Shown: in pieces, positions 40,481-42,679 of the stretch
How the letters are laid out: each line of letters begins with the position of its first letter
Position numbering within the stretch: position 1 is the first letter of the stretch
From: Leptolyngbyaceae cyanobacterium CSU_1_3
Lineage (GTDB): Bacteria > Cyanobacteriota > Cyanobacteriia > Leptolyngbyales > Leptolyngbyaceae
NCBI GenBank assembly: GCA_012034655.1
Contig: JAAUOZ010000026.1
Location: 1-42,679 of the forward strand
Reading direction: 5' to 3'
DNA length: 42,679 nt
The notes under the pieces: generated by a model
The model's database searches: none
Told to the model about the DNA's origin: nothing
The model's input: only the letters and a program-made list of their open reading frames with translations
Made by a program: the position numbers and the translations under genes

Positions 40481-42417
40481 CTACTTAGGGGTTTCATCGC
40501 TTGATTTGATTCGCTGCAAAGGAATCTGAATCATAAACTCAGCGCCTTGTCCGATCTTCGATCGACACAGTAACTTTCCTTTGTGCCTTTCCACAACAAT
40601 TTGATAGCTGATAGATAAACCCAACCCAGTGCCTTTGCCCACAGATTTGGTGGTAAAGAAGGGGTCAAATAGCTTAGAGCAAACGGCCTCACTCATGCCC
40701 ATGCCATTATCAGCAATGCGAATCGTTACCCACTGATTGGTAGTGACTTCAGTTTGGACGTGAATTGTATTGGGGTTGGTTTTGATTTCCTCAAAAGTGC
40801 GCTGTTGGTTATATTCTTCAAAAGCGTCAATAGCGTTACTCAAGATGTTCATGAACACCTGATTTAGAGGCCCCGCATAGCACTCGACTAAGGGCAATTG
40901 CCCATATTCTTTAATCACCTGAATCTCTGGACGTTCTGCGTTTGCTTTCAGACGATTATTTAAAATGACGATCGTGCTATCAATACCCTCATGGAGATCG
41001 ACCGATTTAACTTCGGCTTCATCTAGTCGAGAAAAGTTCCGCAGAGACATCACAATTTCACGAATGCGATCGTGCCCAAATACATCGACTGGACAATCTT
41101 CGCGAGATCTTCTACGAGAAAATCAACATCAATTCTGTCAATTTCGGTTTGAAGCTCGGCGGATGGGTTGGGGCAGTCTTGTTGATAAAGCTGTAGGAGT
41201 CTGAGCAAATCTTCAGCATATTCTTTAACATAGCTGAGGTTGCCATGAATAAAGTTAATGGGGTTATTAATTTCGTGGGCAACTCCTGCCACCATTTGCC
41301 CAATGCTAGACATTTTCTCGCTCTGAATCAGACTCAATTGAGTCTGCTCTAGCTCTTGCAGCATTTGCTCAAGCCAGCTATTTTTCTCACTGATTTCTTG
41401 CGTTCTAGCTTCAACTTTCTTCTCTAAGGTATGACTATAGACCTCTAGTTTTGCATTCGCATCGATTTGTTCGTGTAGCAAATCTTTGACTTTTCTAATC
41501 AGTTCATTTAAGACGATAGTTAATTCACCCACTTCATCTTGGCTAGTAATAGGCGCTTGTAGATCAAAATTTTTGGTGTGGATGACTTGCTGAGCAATAT
41601 CAGCAGTTCTTTGAATAGGACGGGCGATCGCTCGACTAGCATAGAGGGAGAAGATAAGGGCGATCGTCATCGAAAATAATAGGCTAGTCGAAATGATTTG
41701 GATTCGCAATTCTATAGCAGCTTCTATAGCTTTCTCTGCTTCCTCGTACTCGTCGGTCGCTACGTCCAGCAGCTTATTAACCTGCTCTGAAAATTGATCA
41801 AACTCAACAACTAGTTCATCATTATTCGTCGCTATCAACTGTTCTTGAGCCGCTTTTCTCTTTTCTGCGGGCAGGCTGTTCGGGTTGAGTTGCTGAAACT
41901 GTTTTTCTACTTTCTGTAAACGTAGATCTAAGCTCTCATAGGTTTGGGATAACTTGTCGAGAACCGCTTGCTCAATGTCTGACTCTTCAATGTCGGGGTT
42001 TATATACCCCTGGGTAGATTTAAACTCTGCCCATATCCGACGGGTTGAAGCCAAATCCTCTAAAAAATGACCATACTCTATCTGCCAGAGTGAGGGCTTT
42101 ATCATCGACAGCACGAGTTGTTTTTGGTGCAGATGGGTTTCTAGCACGTCACTCTCCAAGCGGTAGACCAGTCCGATCTCCTGAACGGCATCTTCTGCTG
42201 CTCTGTAGGCCGCTTTTTGGTAATAATCTGCAATCAGAAAGCCCGTAGTAGTTCCTACAACAGCCACTCCGATCGCCAATCCATAGCCCAGGCTAATTTT
42301 TTGACCCACCCTCAAGCGGCTAAACCTTTGCCCCCAACCCTTTGCAAAAGGCAGTGAGTTTTGAGAAGAACTCTTGACGGCTGGGCTGTTTGGCTCCGGT
42401 GCTTGATTCGTTGACAT
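40481..42417 (-). CDS. Membrane sensor histidine kinase (TM, extracytoplasmic helical sensor, TM, HAMP-like, HisKA, HATPase_c). Apparent 1-bp frameshift near 41066..41076.
   Basis: Start chosen at MSTNQAPEP. The extended 5' part of ORF 41050..42573 lacks coding character. TM helices are ISLGYGLAIGVAVVGTTTGFLIA and IISTSLLFSMTIALIFSLY. The H-box is AHEINNPINFIHGN. The C-terminal ORF 40481..41053 (DNGMGM, GKGTGLGL) continues in another frame. One added G gives ...GTDRIREIVMSLRNFSRL, which parallels the paralogous module at about 28800..29641. Confidence 0.7.
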
Positions 42418-42631
42418 TGTTTGAGGTAAGGGTAGGGGAGCTTCTAAAGATTGAGAGGCTAGAGAAGAAAGGTATAGAAAATCGAGAGACTTTTGAGCTT
42501 GATCATAAAAGACGTGGCACGAGGGATGCTCCCCAATAAGAGTGCCCCTAATACTTTCAACAATCTCTCTCAAATTCTAATTTAGGCAGACGGCTCTTGG
42601 TTTTCTGGCTCTTTAGCCAATTGCAGCACTT

Positions 42632-42679
42632 TAAAACCCCCCAGTCTAACAAAACCCCCCAGTCTAACAAAACCCCCGT
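42632..42679. repeat. Tandem repeat of an 18-bp unit AAAACCCCCCAGTCTAAC (2 full copies plus a partial one, running into the window edge)
   Basis: Directly visible. It lies upstream of the minus-strand sensor kinase gene. Confidence 0.7.

Noticed and set aside
1440-41100. Interpreting the eleven frame breaks as programmed frameshifting, phase variation or genuine pseudogenes
   Set aside because: Eleven unrelated genes, one base each, almost always in A or T runs, with every break repairable to a conserved motif. This is far more simply explained by a systematic homopolymer error. It cannot be excluded without reads, so it is recorded as a finding.
1-42679. CRISPR arrays, tRNA or rRNA genes, and transposases or integrases
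   Set aside because: There are no arrays of 28-37-bp repeats with unique spacers, and the tandem repeats present are contiguous. I found no GTTCGAATCC-type T-loop with an acceptor-stem context. No ORF showed a DDE, serine or tyrosine recombinase signature.

Overview
This 42.7-kb window looks cyanobacterial. The HIP1 octamer GCGATCGC recurs dozens of times, and the genes include a photosystem-II S4-domain protein, a PEP-CTERM protein, a cyanobacteriochrome-type GAF kinase and an Rcp-like response regulator. Signal transduction dominates the content. Left to right: a hybrid GAF-PAS histidine kinase with two receiver domains, a stand-alone receiver, a CHASE-like sensor kinase, an alpha/beta hydrolase, a PEP-CTERM secreted protein, a K+ channel with an RCK domain, a DXCF-type cyanobacteriochrome histidine kinase translationally coupled to an Rcp-like receiver, a REC-PAS-HK-REC hybrid kinase, an SPFH/prohibitin protein, a TIR-TM-TPR protein, a GlsB/YeaQ membrane protein, a three-gene urate-catabolism operon (HpxO-like hydroxylase, HIU hydrolase, OHCU decarboxylase), a ~1,830-aa Ser/Thr-kinase/AAA/GAF/histidine-kinase protein, and a further sensor kinase. 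The most unusual content is a compact three-module NRPS locus (A-T-C-A-T then C-A-T-R, 29698..39879, minus strand). It ends in a thioester reductase, carries an N-terminal (EFPIG)n repeat, and hand-extracted specificity codes suggest Ile/Val-Ser-Thr. There is also a striking technical pattern. At least 11 genes are each split by a single-base shift, nearly always inside an A or T homopolymer run, while the 10 kb of NRPS coding is intact. I read these as sequencing or assembly errors, not pseudogenes, and have annotated the repaired full-length genes. Non-coding structure includes a dispersed G/C-rich palindromic element (3 copies, one cut by the window edge), a recurring ~21-nt motif (3 copies), several short tandem repeat arrays next to gene ends, and stem-loop terminators. 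No tRNA, rRNA, CRISPR array or transposase was recognised. All domain calls come from motif recognition by eye, because no database search could be run.
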